Source: an uncultured Solirubrobacterales bacterium
Lineage (GTDB): Bacteria; Actinomycetota; Thermoleophilia; Solirubrobacterales; Solirubrobacteraceae
Direction: 5' to 3'
Assembly (NCBI GenBank): GCA_963818815.1
Contig: CAWFTL010000004.1
Coordinates: 90,717-154,716, forward strand
Length of the DNA: 64,000 nucleotides
Made by a program: the position numbers and the translations under genes
Shown here: one piece after another, positions 46,803 to 56,443 of the stretch
Numbering within the stretch: the first letter of the stretch is position 1
Layout: the number at the start of each line of letters is the position of its first letter
The notes under the pieces: model-generated
The model's input: only the letters and a program-made list of their open reading frames with translations
The model's database searches: none
Told to the model about the DNA's origin: nothing

Positions 46803-48272
46803 ATGGGGCCGCTGAGTCGCAACCGACGGCTGCTCGTGCTCTGTATCTGCAGTATGAGCCTGCTGATCGTCGGGCTCGACACGACGATCGTCAACGTCGC
46901 GCTGCCGGCGATCCATCGCTCGCTTCACGCCTCGCTGTCGGGCCTGCAGTGGACGATCGATGCCTACACGCTGGTCCTGGCCAGCCTGCTGATGCTCGCC
47001 GGCTCGACGGCCGACCGCGTGGGACGGCGGCGAACGTTCCAGACCGGCCTCGCGGTGTTCTCGCTCGGCTCGCTGTTGTGTGCCCTGGCGCCGAGCCTCG
47101 GCTTTTTGATCGCGGCCCGGGTCCTGCAGGCGACCGGGGGCGCGATGCTCAATCCCGTGGCCATGTCGATCGTCCGCAACGTCTTCGAGGACCCGCGCGA
47201 GCGGGCCCAGGCGATCGGCGTGTGGGGTGCCGTGTTCGGGATCAGCATGGCCCTCGGTCCCGTGCTGGGCGGGGTGCTCGTGGATTCGATCAGCTGGCGG
47301 GCTGTGTTCCTGGTCAACCTGCCCGTCGGCCTGCTGGCCATCAGCCTGACGGCGGCCTACGTTCCGGAATCCCGCGCGCCGCGCCCGCGCCGCGTGGACC
47401 CGGTCGGCCAGGTGCTCGTCGTGCTGGCCCTCTCGACGCTGACCTACGCCATCATCGAGGGCCGCCAGCACGGCTGGCTCTCGGCCGAGATCCTCACGCT
47501 GTTCGCCGTCTCGCTGGCGTCCTTCGCGGCGCTCATCCTCTACGAGCTCCGGCGGGAGGAACCGCTGCTCGAGATCCGGTTCTTCCGCAGCGCCCCGTTC
47601 TCAGGCGCGAGCGCGATCGCCGTGTGCGTGTTCGCCGCCATCGGGGGCTTCCTGTTCCTCAACACGCTCTATCTCCAGGAGGTGCGTGCCCTCTCGCCGC
47701 TGCACGCCGGGCTCTACATGCTGCCGATGGCGGGCACGATGTTCGTCGCCTCACCGCTGTCGGGAGCTTTCGTCGGTCGCTACGGCGCCCGCCCGTGCCT
47801 GGTTGCCGGAGGCCTCGCCGTGCTGGGCGGGGCGCTGATGCTCACCGGGCTGAAGGCCTCCACGGCCACGGCTTTCCTGCTCGCCGCGTACGTGGTCTTC
47901 GGTCTGGGGTCCGGGCTCGTGAACCCGCCGATCACCAACACGGCGGTCTCCGGAATGCCGCCCTCGCAGGCCGGCGTGGCCGCCGCCATCGCCTCGACCA
48001 GCCGGCAGGTCGGGATGACGCTCGGCGTGGCGGTGGTGGGCGCGCTGGCGGGCAGCGGATTCGCCGCTGCGGCGGGCGACCACACCTCAGGAGGTTTCGC
48101 CGCGGCCACGCACGCGGGCTGGTGGACGATCGCTGCGCTGGGCTTCGCCGTGGCCGTGCTGGGGCTGTTCACGACCACCCGCTGGGCGCACCGGACCGCA
48201 CGCCGCACCGCGGAGCGCCTCGGCGGGGAGCGTGTCGATCACAGGCTCGCGCCCGAGCGGGCGGCAGCCTGA
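46803..48272 (+). CDS. DHA2 (EmrB/QacA) 14-TM MFS efflux protein
   Basis: LDTTIVNVALPAI, LQWTIDAY, DRVGRR, GPVLGG, WRAVFLVNLPVG. Confidence 0.92.
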   Translation: MGPLSRNRRLLVLCICSMSLLIVGLDTTIVNVALPAIHRSLHASLSGLQWTIDAYTLVLASLLMLAGSTADRVGRRRTFQTGLAVFSLGSLLCALAPSLGFLIAARVLQATGGAMLNPVAMSIVRNVFEDPRERAQAIGVWGAVFGISMALGPVLGGVLVDSISWRAVFLVNLPVGLLAISLTAAYVPESRAPRPRRVDPVGQVLVVLALSTLTYAIIEGRQHGWLSAEILTLFAVSLASFAALILYELRREEPLLEIRFFRSAPFSGASAIAVCVFAAIGGFLFLNTLYLQEVRALSPLHAGLYMLPMAGTMFVASPLSGAFVGRYGARPCLVAGGLAVLGGALMLTGLKASTATAFLLAAYVVFGLGSGLVNPPITNTAVSGMPPSQAGVAAAIASTSRQVGMTLGVAVVGALAGSGFAAAAGDHTSGGFAAATHAGWWTIAALGFAVAVLGLFTTTRWAHRTARRTAERLGGERVDHRLAPERAAA

Positions 48273-48285
48273 GGATCGCCTCTGA

Positions 48286-49542
48286 CTACGTCCGCGCTGA
48301 CCCTCGGTTCGCGCGGCGGCGGTGCTTCCTGTGCCTGCGCCGGTGATGGCGCCGCCTGTGTGCCGGTTTGCGGACTTGCCGCGGCGGGCTCGCGCCCAGC
48401 CGCGCGATCAGGGCGCGGTAGGTGCCGAAGGACTGTTTCGGCGTGTAGTCGTCACGCAGGAGCCCGTCGGAGGCGAACGTCGGGCCCACGAGCCCGGTGG
48501 GCGAGCTCGATGAGGCGTCGCGCAGGTTGAACCAGCGGTAGTCGGTGATGTTGAACGTCCCCGAGTAGTCGTTCGCCGCCTGCACGAGCTCACTCAGCGC
48601 CGCGGCCTGCTGAGCCTCGGACAGCGCACCCGTTGGGACCCCGTTCTCGGTGATCCAGATCGGAACCTGGGCTCCGATCCCGGCCATCGGCGCGAAGCAG
48701 CTGCGCAGGACGCCGGCGGCCTGGGCCAGCTCGTGCCGGTAGGTATCTCCCGGCGTCATCGCCGGCGGGTAGACGCTTCCCGGATAGAAGTCCAGGCCCA
48801 CGAAACCAAGCGCCTGCTGGAAGGAACGGCCGCCGTGCGTGCCGAGGTAGGAAAAGAAAGCGGCGTCGCCCGGCGGTGAGAAGCGGTAGGCGTAGGTGAA
48901 GCCGAAGCGCAGCTGGCGATAGCCTCGCTGCACCGCTTCGCTGTGCGCGGCCTCGATTCCCTGGATCAACGCGTCCTTTGCCCCGCTGTAGTAGCCGTCC
49001 GAGGTGTTGGACGAGAAGGTCACGTTCACCTCGTTGGTGATCGTCATCGCGACCACGTGCGGGTTTGGCCCGAAGGCGTCGACGACCTGGCGCACGTAGC
49101 GCTGCCACGCCGCCAGGTCCCCCACCTCGGCCTTGGTCGGGTGGTAGCGGACCTGAATCTCGACGTCGAATCCCGCCCGGGTGTAGCGCGTGGCCTCCCG
49201 CTGGAAGTTCTCGATCCCGGCCTGGCCGTCGGACCAGAAGAGCCGGTTCAGCCGCAGCACGATGACTCTTTGGGCCGGGCGCAGAGCCTCGACCGCCTGG
49301 AGGTCACGGGCGGGATCATCGGGAACGGTGGGCAGCTGCACGCCGCCGGTGCTCCCCGCCAGGCCGGGATCGACCCCGAAGCGGATCGCGGAGCCGGTGC
49401 GCGGAGCAGCACCGCTGTAGTCGGCGGTGCAATCAGGGTCCTGGCCGGCGGCGGCGGCTCGCGACCGGCCCGGGCCCGCACTGCCGACGAGCAGGGACAT
49501 GATCGCGACGGCGGCGAGTGCAGCCCGGCGCCGGTTTCTCAT
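48286..49542 (-). CDS. Secreted glycoside hydrolase-like (clan GH-A-type TIM barrel) protein
   Basis: Signal peptide from ATG 49542, ITNEVN, GLDFYP, IWITENG, DGLL and an Arg/His-rich C-terminal tail. Confidence 0.65.
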   Translation of the reverse strand: MRNRRRAALAAVAIMSLLVGSAGPGRSRAAAAGQDPDCTADYSGAAPRTGSAIRFGVDPGLAGSTGGVQLPTVPDDPARDLQAVEALRPAQRVIVLRLNRLFWSDGQAGIENFQREATRYTRAGFDVEIQVRYHPTKAEVGDLAAWQRYVRQVVDAFGPNPHVVAMTITNEVNVTFSSNTSDGYYSGAKDALIQGIEAAHSEAVQRGYRQLRFGFTYAYRFSPPGDAAFFSYLGTHGGRSFQQALGFVGLDFYPGSVYPPAMTPGDTYRHELAQAAGVLRSCFAPMAGIGAQVPIWITENGVPTGALSEAQQAAALSELVQAANDYSGTFNITDYRWFNLRDASSSSPTGLVGPTFASDGLLRDDYTPKQSFGTYRALIARLGASPPRQVRKPAHRRRHHRRRHRKHRRRANRGSART

Positions 49543-50150
49543 GCCGAGGCTCCTCGACGGCTCAGGTGAGCTTCGAGCCGCCGCTTCAGGCCGGCCTTCA
49601 CCTCCGGCCACTCATCGTCGATGACCGAGAAGTAAGCCGAGTCGCGGGGTGCTCCACGCTGGACGACCATGTGCTTGCGAAGGATGCCCTCGAACTGCGC
49701 CCCGAGCGCCTCTAGCGCGCCGCGCGAGCGCTCGTTGCGGGCATCGGTCTTGAACTCGACTCGGCGCACGCCCACATGCTCGAAGGCATGGGTCAGGAGC
49801 AGCAGCTTGGCCTCCACGTTCGCGCCCGATCCCCACGCCTGCTGGGCCAGCCATGTCCAGCCGATCTCGACGCGCAGGTGCTCGAGACGGATCTCGAGAA
49901 AGCGCGTCGAGCCGATCGTGCGCCCGGACTCCGCCCACAGGATCGCGAACGGGACCTCTCGCTCGCGCGCGGCGGCTTCGCCGGCGGCCGCGAACCAGGC
50001 TTGGAGGGCGTCTTGGGTGCCGAGGTCGACGGGCAGCCATGTGAAGATCTCTTCGTCCTCGGCGGCCGCGCGCAGATCCTCCTCGTGTGCGCGCGCAAGC
50101 GGCTCGACCACCACGAGCCGGCCTGGCAGCCGCGCGCGCAGGGCGGCCAC
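49539..50150 (-). CDS. RimJ/RimL-family GNAT acetyltransferase
   Basis: IGSTRF, VEIGWTWL...AWGSGANVEAKLLLL, VEFKTDARNERSRGAL. Likely GTG start 50150. Confidence 0.88.
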   Translation of the reverse strand: MAALRARLPGRLVVVEPLARAHEEDLRAAAEDEEIFTWLPVDLGTQDALQAWFAAAGEAAAREREVPFAILWAESGRTIGSTRFLEIRLEHLRVEIGWTWLAQQAWGSGANVEAKLLLLTHAFEHVGVRRVEFKTDARNERSRGALEALGAQFEGILRKHMVVQRGAPRDSAYFSVIDDEWPEVKAGLKRRLEAHLSRRGASA

Positions 50151-50163
50151 CGAGAGCCCTTCG

Positions 50164-51294
50164 CTACGGCCGAGTACCGCCCGGTGCACGCGGTTGACGA
50201 TACGCGACGGCGGGCACCAGCTCGTCGGCATCCCGAAGCGGCGGCTCGGCCCGAGCGGGTGCAGCGCGCCGCTGCAGGCGGTCCATCCACAGCTCCTCGA
50301 CCAGGATCTTGACCGTGGCGATGATCGGGATCGCGATGAACAGGCCGACGATCCCGAACAGAGTGCCCACGGCGACGACGCCGACGGCGACGACCGCGGG
50401 GTGGATCTTGACCGCACGGGCGACGATCACCGGCTGGATCACGTTGCCCTCGAGCTGATGGGCGCCGATGTAGATCGCCGCCACGACCAGTGCCTTGCCG
50501 GGCGAGACCGTGAGCGCGTAGGCGATCGGGGGAATCGAGCTGACGAGCGCGCCGAAGTAGGGAACGATCATCGCCACGGCGGTGAACACGGCGAAGAAGG
50601 CCGCGAAGTCGAGGCCCACGAGGCGCAGCCCCACATACGTGAGGCCGCCGAGGATGATCATCCCGATCACGAGCCCGCGCAGCCATCCCATGTAGGCGGT
50701 GCGCAGTCGCAAGAGGACCTCCTCCACGCGGCCCCTGCGCTCCATCGGGAACATCCGGAGCAGGCCCGAGACCAGCGGCTCGGGGTGCATCGCCGTGTAG
50801 AGCGCTGTCAGCAGGACCACGACCAGCGCCGCCACGGCCGCGACGATGCTGGCTCCGACCGAGGCGACCGGGCCGAGCAGCCGCTCTGGATGGTGGGTGT
50901 AGCCGTTGACGAAGGACTGAATCCGCTGGCCTACGTGACTGGGAGAGGTGCCGGTCAGCCCGGCGGCACGATGGCGCAGCGAGTCGACGATGCTCGGCAG
51001 CGAATTGGTGAAGCGGTTGACCTCCTTGGTGAATACGGGAACGATGGCCGCGATCACGAGCGCCACGGCGCAGAGGCCGATCAGCAGCGCGATCACGGCG
51101 CCCAGCTCGCGGGGGATCCGGAGGCGCTGCAGGGCGGTGGCGACCGCGGCCAGCGGGAGCGCGATGATCACGACGATCATCACGGCCAGGACCAGCTCCA
51201 CGAGGGCCTGGAAGATGAGCCCCGCGACCACGAGGCCGAAGGCCAGGAGCACCGCCTTGTAGAGCGTCCCCGGCGTGATCCGCGACTCGTTCAT
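50164..51294 (-). CDS. AI-2E/PerM family transporter
   Basis: Multi-TM, IVPYFGAL, QLEGNVIQPVIV, HPAVV, GIVGLFIAIP. Confidence 0.9.
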   Translation of the reverse strand: MNESRITPGTLYKAVLLAFGLVVAGLIFQALVELVLAVMIVVIIALPLAAVATALQRLRIPRELGAVIALLIGLCAVALVIAAIVPVFTKEVNRFTNSLPSIVDSLRHRAAGLTGTSPSHVGQRIQSFVNGYTHHPERLLGPVASVGASIVAAVAALVVVLLTALYTAMHPEPLVSGLLRMFPMERRGRVEEVLLRLRTAYMGWLRGLVIGMIILGGLTYVGLRLVGLDFAAFFAVFTAVAMIVPYFGALVSSIPPIAYALTVSPGKALVVAAIYIGAHQLEGNVIQPVIVARAVKIHPAVVAVGVVAVGTLFGIVGLFIAIPIIATVKILVEELWMDRLQRRAAPARAEPPLRDADELVPAVAYRQPRAPGGTRP

Positions 51295-51385
51295 CGAGAC
51301 AAGGGTGCCCGGTCCGGCGGCGTTGCACGCCCCGAGTGGTTGACTTGCCGTCCTCAGCGGCTACCTGAAGGCGGCTGCTGAGGAC

Positions 51386-51574
51386 TCAGGCGTGCCACTC
51401 GGCGTCGCGCGCCGCCTGGGCGAGGCGGTTGGCGTAGGCCCGGAACTCGCGCTCGAACCCAGACCACCAGTCGCCGCGCAGCTGGCGGTTCAGCCGCTGG
51501 CGCCGGATCATCGGCACGCCGATCCGCACCACCACCGCGAGCAGGAACAGCGCCGCAGCGACGATCAGGATCAT
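51386..51574 (-). CDS. Small single-TM hypothetical protein
   Basis: AGGAGG RBS, N-terminal TM, DWWSGFEREFRAYA. Confidence 0.6.
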   Translation of the reverse strand: MILIVAAALFLLAVVVRIGVPMIRRQRLNRQLRGDWWSGFEREFRAYANRLAQAARDAEWHA

Positions 51575-51606
51575 CGCTGGCGCCTCCTAGCTCTCATGCG
51601 TCGGAA

Positions 51607-51690
51607 ATACCCAGGTGTGTGCGCCCTCGAACGAGCACGGTTATCGCCCGAACAGCGATGCGCGGGGTTCGGGAGGGAGCCTGCGGGTAT
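51607..51690. promoter_or_regulatory. Divergent SigB/SigF-type general stress promoters
   Basis: Plus: GGTT (51666-51669)-N15-GGGTAT (51685-51690). Minus: GTTC-N16-GGGTAT (51612-51607). Confidence 0.5.
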
Positions 51691-51700
51691 GCACAGGGCC

Positions 51701-52210
51701 ATGACTGTTGAGACCAAGGAAAACGAACTCCGAAACGGCTACTCGCCGCAGGAAGAGCGGCCGGTCGGCAGCTACGCGGTCCTGATCGGCGCCTTCTCGA
51801 GCCTTGCGGCGGCCTTCGCCGCGTGGTTTCGGTCCACCGGACGTGAGCTTCCGGAGCGCATGGAGGCCCGCGACCTGGCGCTCCTGACCGTGGCCAGCCA
51901 CAAAGCCTCGCGACTGATCTCGAAGGACAAGGTGGCGACGCCGGTACGCGCCCCGTTCACCCGGTTTCAGAGCGACAGCGACGCAGGTCCCGGCGAGGTG
52001 AGCGAGGAGCCACGCGGCAGCGGTCTTCGCCACGCGATCGGCGAGCTGCTCGTCTGTCCCTACTGCCTGGGCATGTGGACGAGCGCCGCTTTCACGGCCG
52101 GGCTGCTCGTGGCCCCGCGGTTCACGCGCTGGGTGGCTTCGGTCCTGGTGACCTTCTTCGGATCCGAGCTTCTGCAGATCGCCTACAAGAAGGCCGAGGA
52201 AACGCTGTGA
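51701..52210 (+). CDS. DUF1360-like membrane protein
   Basis: SRLISKDKV..PVRAPF, GELLVCPYCLGMW. ATG 51701. Confidence 0.8.
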   Translation: MTVETKENELRNGYSPQEERPVGSYAVLIGAFSSLAAAFAAWFRSTGRELPERMEARDLALLTVASHKASRLISKDKVATPVRAPFTRFQSDSDAGPGEVSEEPRGSGLRHAIGELLVCPYCLGMWTSAAFTAGLLVAPRFTRWVASVLVTFFGSELLQIAYKKAEETL

Positions 52211-52228
52211 CCACGACCGAGGCCGGCT

Positions 52229-53104
52229 ATGGCGGGCACTGAAACCGTCGCGGTGCTGGGAGCCGGCGGCACGATGGGGTTCCCCATCGCGCGGAACCTT
52301 GCCCGGGCCGACCGCGAGGTGCGCGCGTGGAACCGCTCGCGTGAGAAGGCCGAGCCGCTGGCCGAGGACGGCGTGCAGGTCTGCGACACCGCGGCCGAGG
52401 CGGCGGAACGGGCGGGAGTGATCGTCACCATGCTCGCGGAGACCGACGCCGTGCTTGCGTCGATGAGCGGCGAGGACGGGGCACTGGCCGGTGCCCCGGA
52501 CTCGGCCGTGTGGGCGCAGATGAGCACGATCGGCGAAGCCGGCACCGAGCGCTGTGCTGAGCTCGCGCGCGAGCACGACATCACGTTCGTCGACACTCCC
52601 GTGCTCGGGACCAAGCAGCCGGCCGAGGAGGGCAAGCTGGTGATCCTGGCCTCGGGACCGCAGGACGCCCGCTCGCGACTGGAGCCGTTGTTCGAGGCGG
52701 TGGGCTCCAAGACGATGTGGGTCGGCGACGCCGGCGCGGGGACGAAGCTCAAGCTCGCGATCAACAGCTGGCTGCTCGCCGTGGTCGAGGGAACGGCAGA
52801 GACGATCGCGCTGACCGAGGGCCTGGGCCTCGACCCGGATTCGCTCTTCGAGGCGCTCGAGGGCGGACCGCTCGACCTCCCCTACATGCGGATGAAGGGC
52901 AAGGCCATGACCGAAGGCAACTTCGAGCCCGCCTTCCGCCTCGCTTTGGCGGCAAAAGACGCCCGCCTGGTCGAGGAAGCGGCGGCGCGGCGCGACCTCG
53001 ACCTTCCCCTGCTTCAGACGATCAGCCGGCGGATGGCCGAGGGCGCCGAGGAGCACGGCGAGCAGGACCTCAGCGCGACCTACCTCACGAGCGCGCCTCG
53101 CTGA
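52229..53104 (+). CDS. NAD(P)-dependent beta-hydroxyacid dehydrogenase family
   Basis: GAGGTMG, WNRS, DTPVLG, KLAINSW, FRLALAAKD. Confidence 0.9.
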   Translation: MAGTETVAVLGAGGTMGFPIARNLARADREVRAWNRSREKAEPLAEDGVQVCDTAAEAAERAGVIVTMLAETDAVLASMSGEDGALAGAPDSAVWAQMSTIGEAGTERCAELAREHDITFVDTPVLGTKQPAEEGKLVILASGPQDARSRLEPLFEAVGSKTMWVGDAGAGTKLKLAINSWLLAVVEGTAETIALTEGLGLDPDSLFEALEGGPLDLPYMRMKGKAMTEGNFEPAFRLALAAKDARLVEEAAARRDLDLPLLQTISRRMAEGAEEHGEQDLSATYLTSAPR

Positions 53105-53369
53105 GCCGGAACGCTGTCGACCAGCTCCCGGGTCTAGCGGGAGCGCCTCGCCGGCAATTGATGCGTCTGCCGGCGAGGCTCATTCCCGCGCTCGCGGTCG
53201 AGCTACTGGCCCTGCTTGACGCCTGGCTCGCCGAGCTCGAACTGGATCGGGTAGGTGTGCTGCCCGCCCGGCACGTTCGCCTCCTTGCGGTACTTCCCCA
53301 GCGGGAAGATCACGCGTCCGAACGCGCTCGCCAGAGGCGGTCGCGAGGCTCGACCTGTGCGTCTCGTCG

Positions 53370-53669
53370 TCAGCGCGAGCGGCGCTTCTGAGACACAGCT
53401 CGAATCAGCTGTGCCTTGCCCATCTTCGAGCGGCCTTCGATACCGAGGCGAGCCGCTTCCCGGCGCAGCTCGGTCACCGTCATCGCGCCGGCCCCGCTGC
53501 CCGTCCCCTGCGAGGCACCGCGCTTGCGCGCAGCCGCCTTCGCGCCCTCCCGTCCCAGAGCGCTCCGCGTCTTGCTCGAGAGTCTGGTGATCGTCCGCTT
53601 CTTGCCCGCGGCCGACTGAGCCTTCTTCACGTTCTTGCGAGCCGCCTGTCGTTGCTTCTGCGTAGCCAT
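53370..53669 (-). CDS. Small basic protein with C-terminal Rho_N-like helix-extension-helix
   Basis: AGGAG RBS, MATQKQRQAARKNVKKAQ...MTVTELRREAARLGIEGRSKMGKAQLIRAV. Confidence 0.8.
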   Translation of the reverse strand: MATQKQRQAARKNVKKAQSAAGKKRTITRLSSKTRSALGREGAKAAARKRGASQGTGSGAGAMTVTELRREAARLGIEGRSKMGKAQLIRAVSQKRRSR

Positions 53670-53731
53670 GTCCAAGCTCCTAGGTCTCGGTGCGCGAGCG
53701 CTCCACGAGAGCGTCCGCGCACCTGAGATTC

Positions 53732-54196
53732 TCAGCCGGTGGTGGTGCCCTTCACGCTCACCTTGACGCGGTTGTTCTTCGTGTCCAGGGTCCCGGTGAA
53801 GGTGTAGGTGCAGTGCTCCTTGCGATGCACGCGGGTTCCGCCGGCGCACTTGCCGCTTCCCGTGATCGCGCTGGTCCCAGCCGCGTTGGGCGTGCCCAGG
53901 GTGAACTTGTCCGTCGTTACCAGGACACCGCTCGGGAAGTACGTCTTCGTCCTGTCGCTTCCGGTGATCGGGAACTTCGTGCCGCTCACCTGGCCGACTT
54001 GCAGCGAAGCACCCGTTCCGTAGATCGAGTCCTTCACCTGATAGGCGTTCTCGAAGCTGTTCCCGTTGGACGCGATCTCGGCGCCGAGATCAGTCTGCGT
54101 GAATGCGTGCCGTTTGCCGGCCGCAAGCGACGCCGGAAGCCCGATCGCCGCGCCGATACCCAACACCACCATCGCGACTGCCAGCCGTCTGGGCAT
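53732..54196 (-). CDS. Secreted all-beta hypothetical protein (allene-oxide-cyclase/dirigent-like barrel possible)
   Basis: GAGGGG RBS, signal peptide, alternating beta pattern, AITGSGKCAGGT. Confidence 0.6.
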   Translation of the reverse strand: MPRRLAVAMVVLGIGAAIGLPASLAAGKRHAFTQTDLGAEIASNGNSFENAYQVKDSIYGTGASLQVGQVSGTKFPITGSDRTKTYFPSGVLVTTDKFTLGTPNAAGTSAITGSGKCAGGTRVHRKEHCTYTFTGTLDTKNNRVKVSVKGTTTG

Positions 54197-54686
54197 GTCC
54201 ACCCCCTCAGTCGTGTTCCGGAGCGGCCGCATAACGCGGCGCTCCGATCGCCCGCGGCGAGCCTACCCCGGCCGCCGAGGCGCTTGCAAGGGCGGCCGGC
54301 TAGTCGACGACGAGCCTGACTACGTTCGCGTTGCTGATCGAGATGAGCATCTTGCCGATCCGAGCCCACACGAACTCCGCCAGCGGTCCGTGCTCGCGCT
54401 CCTCGTCGCCGTTCACGAACCAGAGCGTGACGACAGTGAGCGCCGCCATCCACCAGCTCCGCCGCCTGACATTCGATTCGGTCTTACGACCCATGCTTCG
54501 CCCCCTCGTGTCGTCAGATCCACTCTCTTACTGGGAGCTTGCTCCAACTCCTCGTTGCCCTGGGCAGTATCGGCCTGACTGCGGCGGTTCGCCCCAGGAA
54601 ACCACCCTAGAGTTACGACAATCGACGACCATGGGGGCCGGGCCGCCTGCAGGCTGTCGCTCGCGCTAGCGATCCGCGTCGAGCGT

Positions 54687-54881
54687 CTACGCGGCGTGGT
54701 CGCCTGCGGTGGGCCTGGTGCTGCCGGTCTCGCCTGGCTCAGAGGCGCGCCGGGGTGGCTCGGTCTCGAGCTTCGCGCAGCGCGGGTCGGTGGGATCGAA
54801 GATCGGCTGTGGTTCACCGGGATGGGCGCGCCGTCGAGTCGCGCTCTCGCCTGCCGTCGGGTCGACGTCTCTGACAGTCAT
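54687..54881 (-). CDS. Small hydrophilic hypothetical protein
   Basis: GAGGAG RBS before ATG 54881. 64 aa, no recognisable motif. Confidence 0.4.
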   Translation of the reverse strand: MTVRDVDPTAGESATRRRAHPGEPQPIFDPTDPRCAKLETEPPRRASEPGETGSTRPTAGDHAA

Positions 54882-55068
54882 TTCGCCTGCTCCTCGGTTG
54901 GTTTCTCGCGCTTCAGTTCTACGCCCGGCCACGTTGCCAGCGAACCGGTGCCGTCAGAGATGTGACGAGCGATGCCGGCGCCTGTCATGTGGGCTACCAC
55001 TGCGCCACCTCGACTCGAGCGGACCAGTTCGCGAACCTAGAATCGGTGAAGGTGAGGAGCAGCTTGTG

Positions 55069-55791
55069 ATGGCCCGCAGCCACGTCCTCCTCGACGACCC
55101 GGAGCTGGCACAGCACCTCCCCGACGATCGGAGGACAGGCGCGATGCGCGACTGCGTCGCGTCGGAGATACGACTGCCGGCAGGTCCCTGGACACCTCGA
55201 CGGGACGCCGAGACCATGCGCTTCGGCATCGGGTTGCTGCTGCTGGAGGGCCTGATCGTCCGGCGCGTCGGCGTGGCGGGACGGTTCGGCGCTGAGCTGC
55301 TGGGTGAGGGAGACCTGATCCGGCCGTGGCAGCGCGAAGACGCCGGCACCACGCTACCGCGCACCGGTCGATGGCGGGTGCTGAGCCCTTGCCGGATCGC
55401 TGTGCTGGACAGCGGCTTTGCCTCCAGACTTGCCCATTACCCGGAGCTGTTCGCGGCATTCATGGCGCGGGCTGTCAGGCGGTCACGACACATGGCGGTG
55501 ACGATGGCGATCGTGCACCAGCCACGCGTCGACGTCAGGCTGCACATGCTCCTGTGGGATCTCGCCGACCGCTGGGGCACGGTCCATCCTGACGGCGTCC
55601 ACGTCCCGTTCAACCTCACGCACGCCGTCCTGGCAGACCTGGTGGCAGCTCAGCGGCCGACCGTCAGCAGGGCCCTCGGCGAGCTCACGGATCGCGACCT
55701 GCTGCGATGGGTCGACGACGGCTGCGTGCTCTACGGCGACCCACCCACCGAGCTGCAGGCGGTCGGCTCCGTGTCGGTCAAGCGCGTCTAG
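55069..55791 (+). CDS. Crp/Fnr-family transcriptional regulator
   Basis: GAGGAG RBS, cNMP-like ELLGEGDLI, and HTH LTHAVLADLVAAQRPTVSRALGEL. Confidence 0.85.
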   Translation: MARSHVLLDDPELAQHLPDDRRTGAMRDCVASEIRLPAGPWTPRRDAETMRFGIGLLLLEGLIVRRVGVAGRFGAELLGEGDLIRPWQREDAGTTLPRTGRWRVLSPCRIAVLDSGFASRLAHYPELFAAFMARAVRRSRHMAVTMAIVHQPRVDVRLHMLLWDLADRWGTVHPDGVHVPFNLTHAVLADLVAAQRPTVSRALGELTDRDLLRWVDDGCVLYGDPPTELQAVGSVSVKRV

Positions 55792-56046
55792 AGCAGTTCT
55801 GACATCGGCCGTCAGAGTTGCGACGGCACTGCTTGCCGTCCAGCCGGAATAGGCCTATTCATGAAGGCACGGTGCGCTCGAACACCACAGCCGTCAGGGC
55901 CTCAACCGATTCAGAGATCACCCGACAAGTCGCGTTCGTGCAGCGGGAGCTGCAGCGGATCCGACGGAGACTGAACGCGCGCCCTCGAGCTCGGTCAGAG
56001 AGCACGAAGCCGTCATCGCGTCTTCCTCGTAGAGCCAGGCCGGGCG

Positions 56047-56412
56047 ATGTCCGCACGTAACGTCGTCTCGGTGGAGATCGCCTTCGTCCTCGGCTACTGC
56101 CTTGGGCTCATGGAGGCGATGGAGCGCCTGTCCTACTCGCAAACCCTCGGCCTCGGCGCGGTCGGCCTGGTCATCAGTGTGGCCGTGGGCCTGATCGCGT
56201 CAATCGGAATACGCGCACGCCTGCTCAACCATCTCGGAGTAGCGATCCTTCGCGGCGGTCTGAGCGGCGGCGTATTCGTGCTCACCTTCGAGGGCGTCCG
56301 CCTGCTGGCGAAGCAGGGCAACATCGCTCTCGCAGTTGCGTCCTGGATCCTGGCCGGAGCCATGGGCTGGGTGCTGGCGCACCTCGCGCCGGCTCGGTCG
56401 CGAAGCGCTTGA
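56047..56412 (+). CDS. Hypothetical 4-TM membrane protein
   Basis: 121 aa, four hydrophobic segments. Confidence 0.55.
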   Translation: MSARNVVSVEIAFVLGYCLGLMEAMERLSYSQTLGLGAVGLVISVAVGLIASIGIRARLLNHLGVAILRGGLSGGVFVLTFEGVRLLAKQGNIALAVASWILAGAMGWVLAHLAPARSRSA

Positions 56413-56443
56413 GGTTCTTCGGGGCGTCGCGCTTGCGGGTGAG

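Noticed and set aside
54300-54494. 64-aa minus-strand ORF (MGRKTESNV...)
   Set aside because: No clear RBS or motif; could be real but cannot be supported.
54709-55068. N-terminal extension of the Crp ORF
   Set aside because: No homology-like content; a good RBS precedes ATG 55069.
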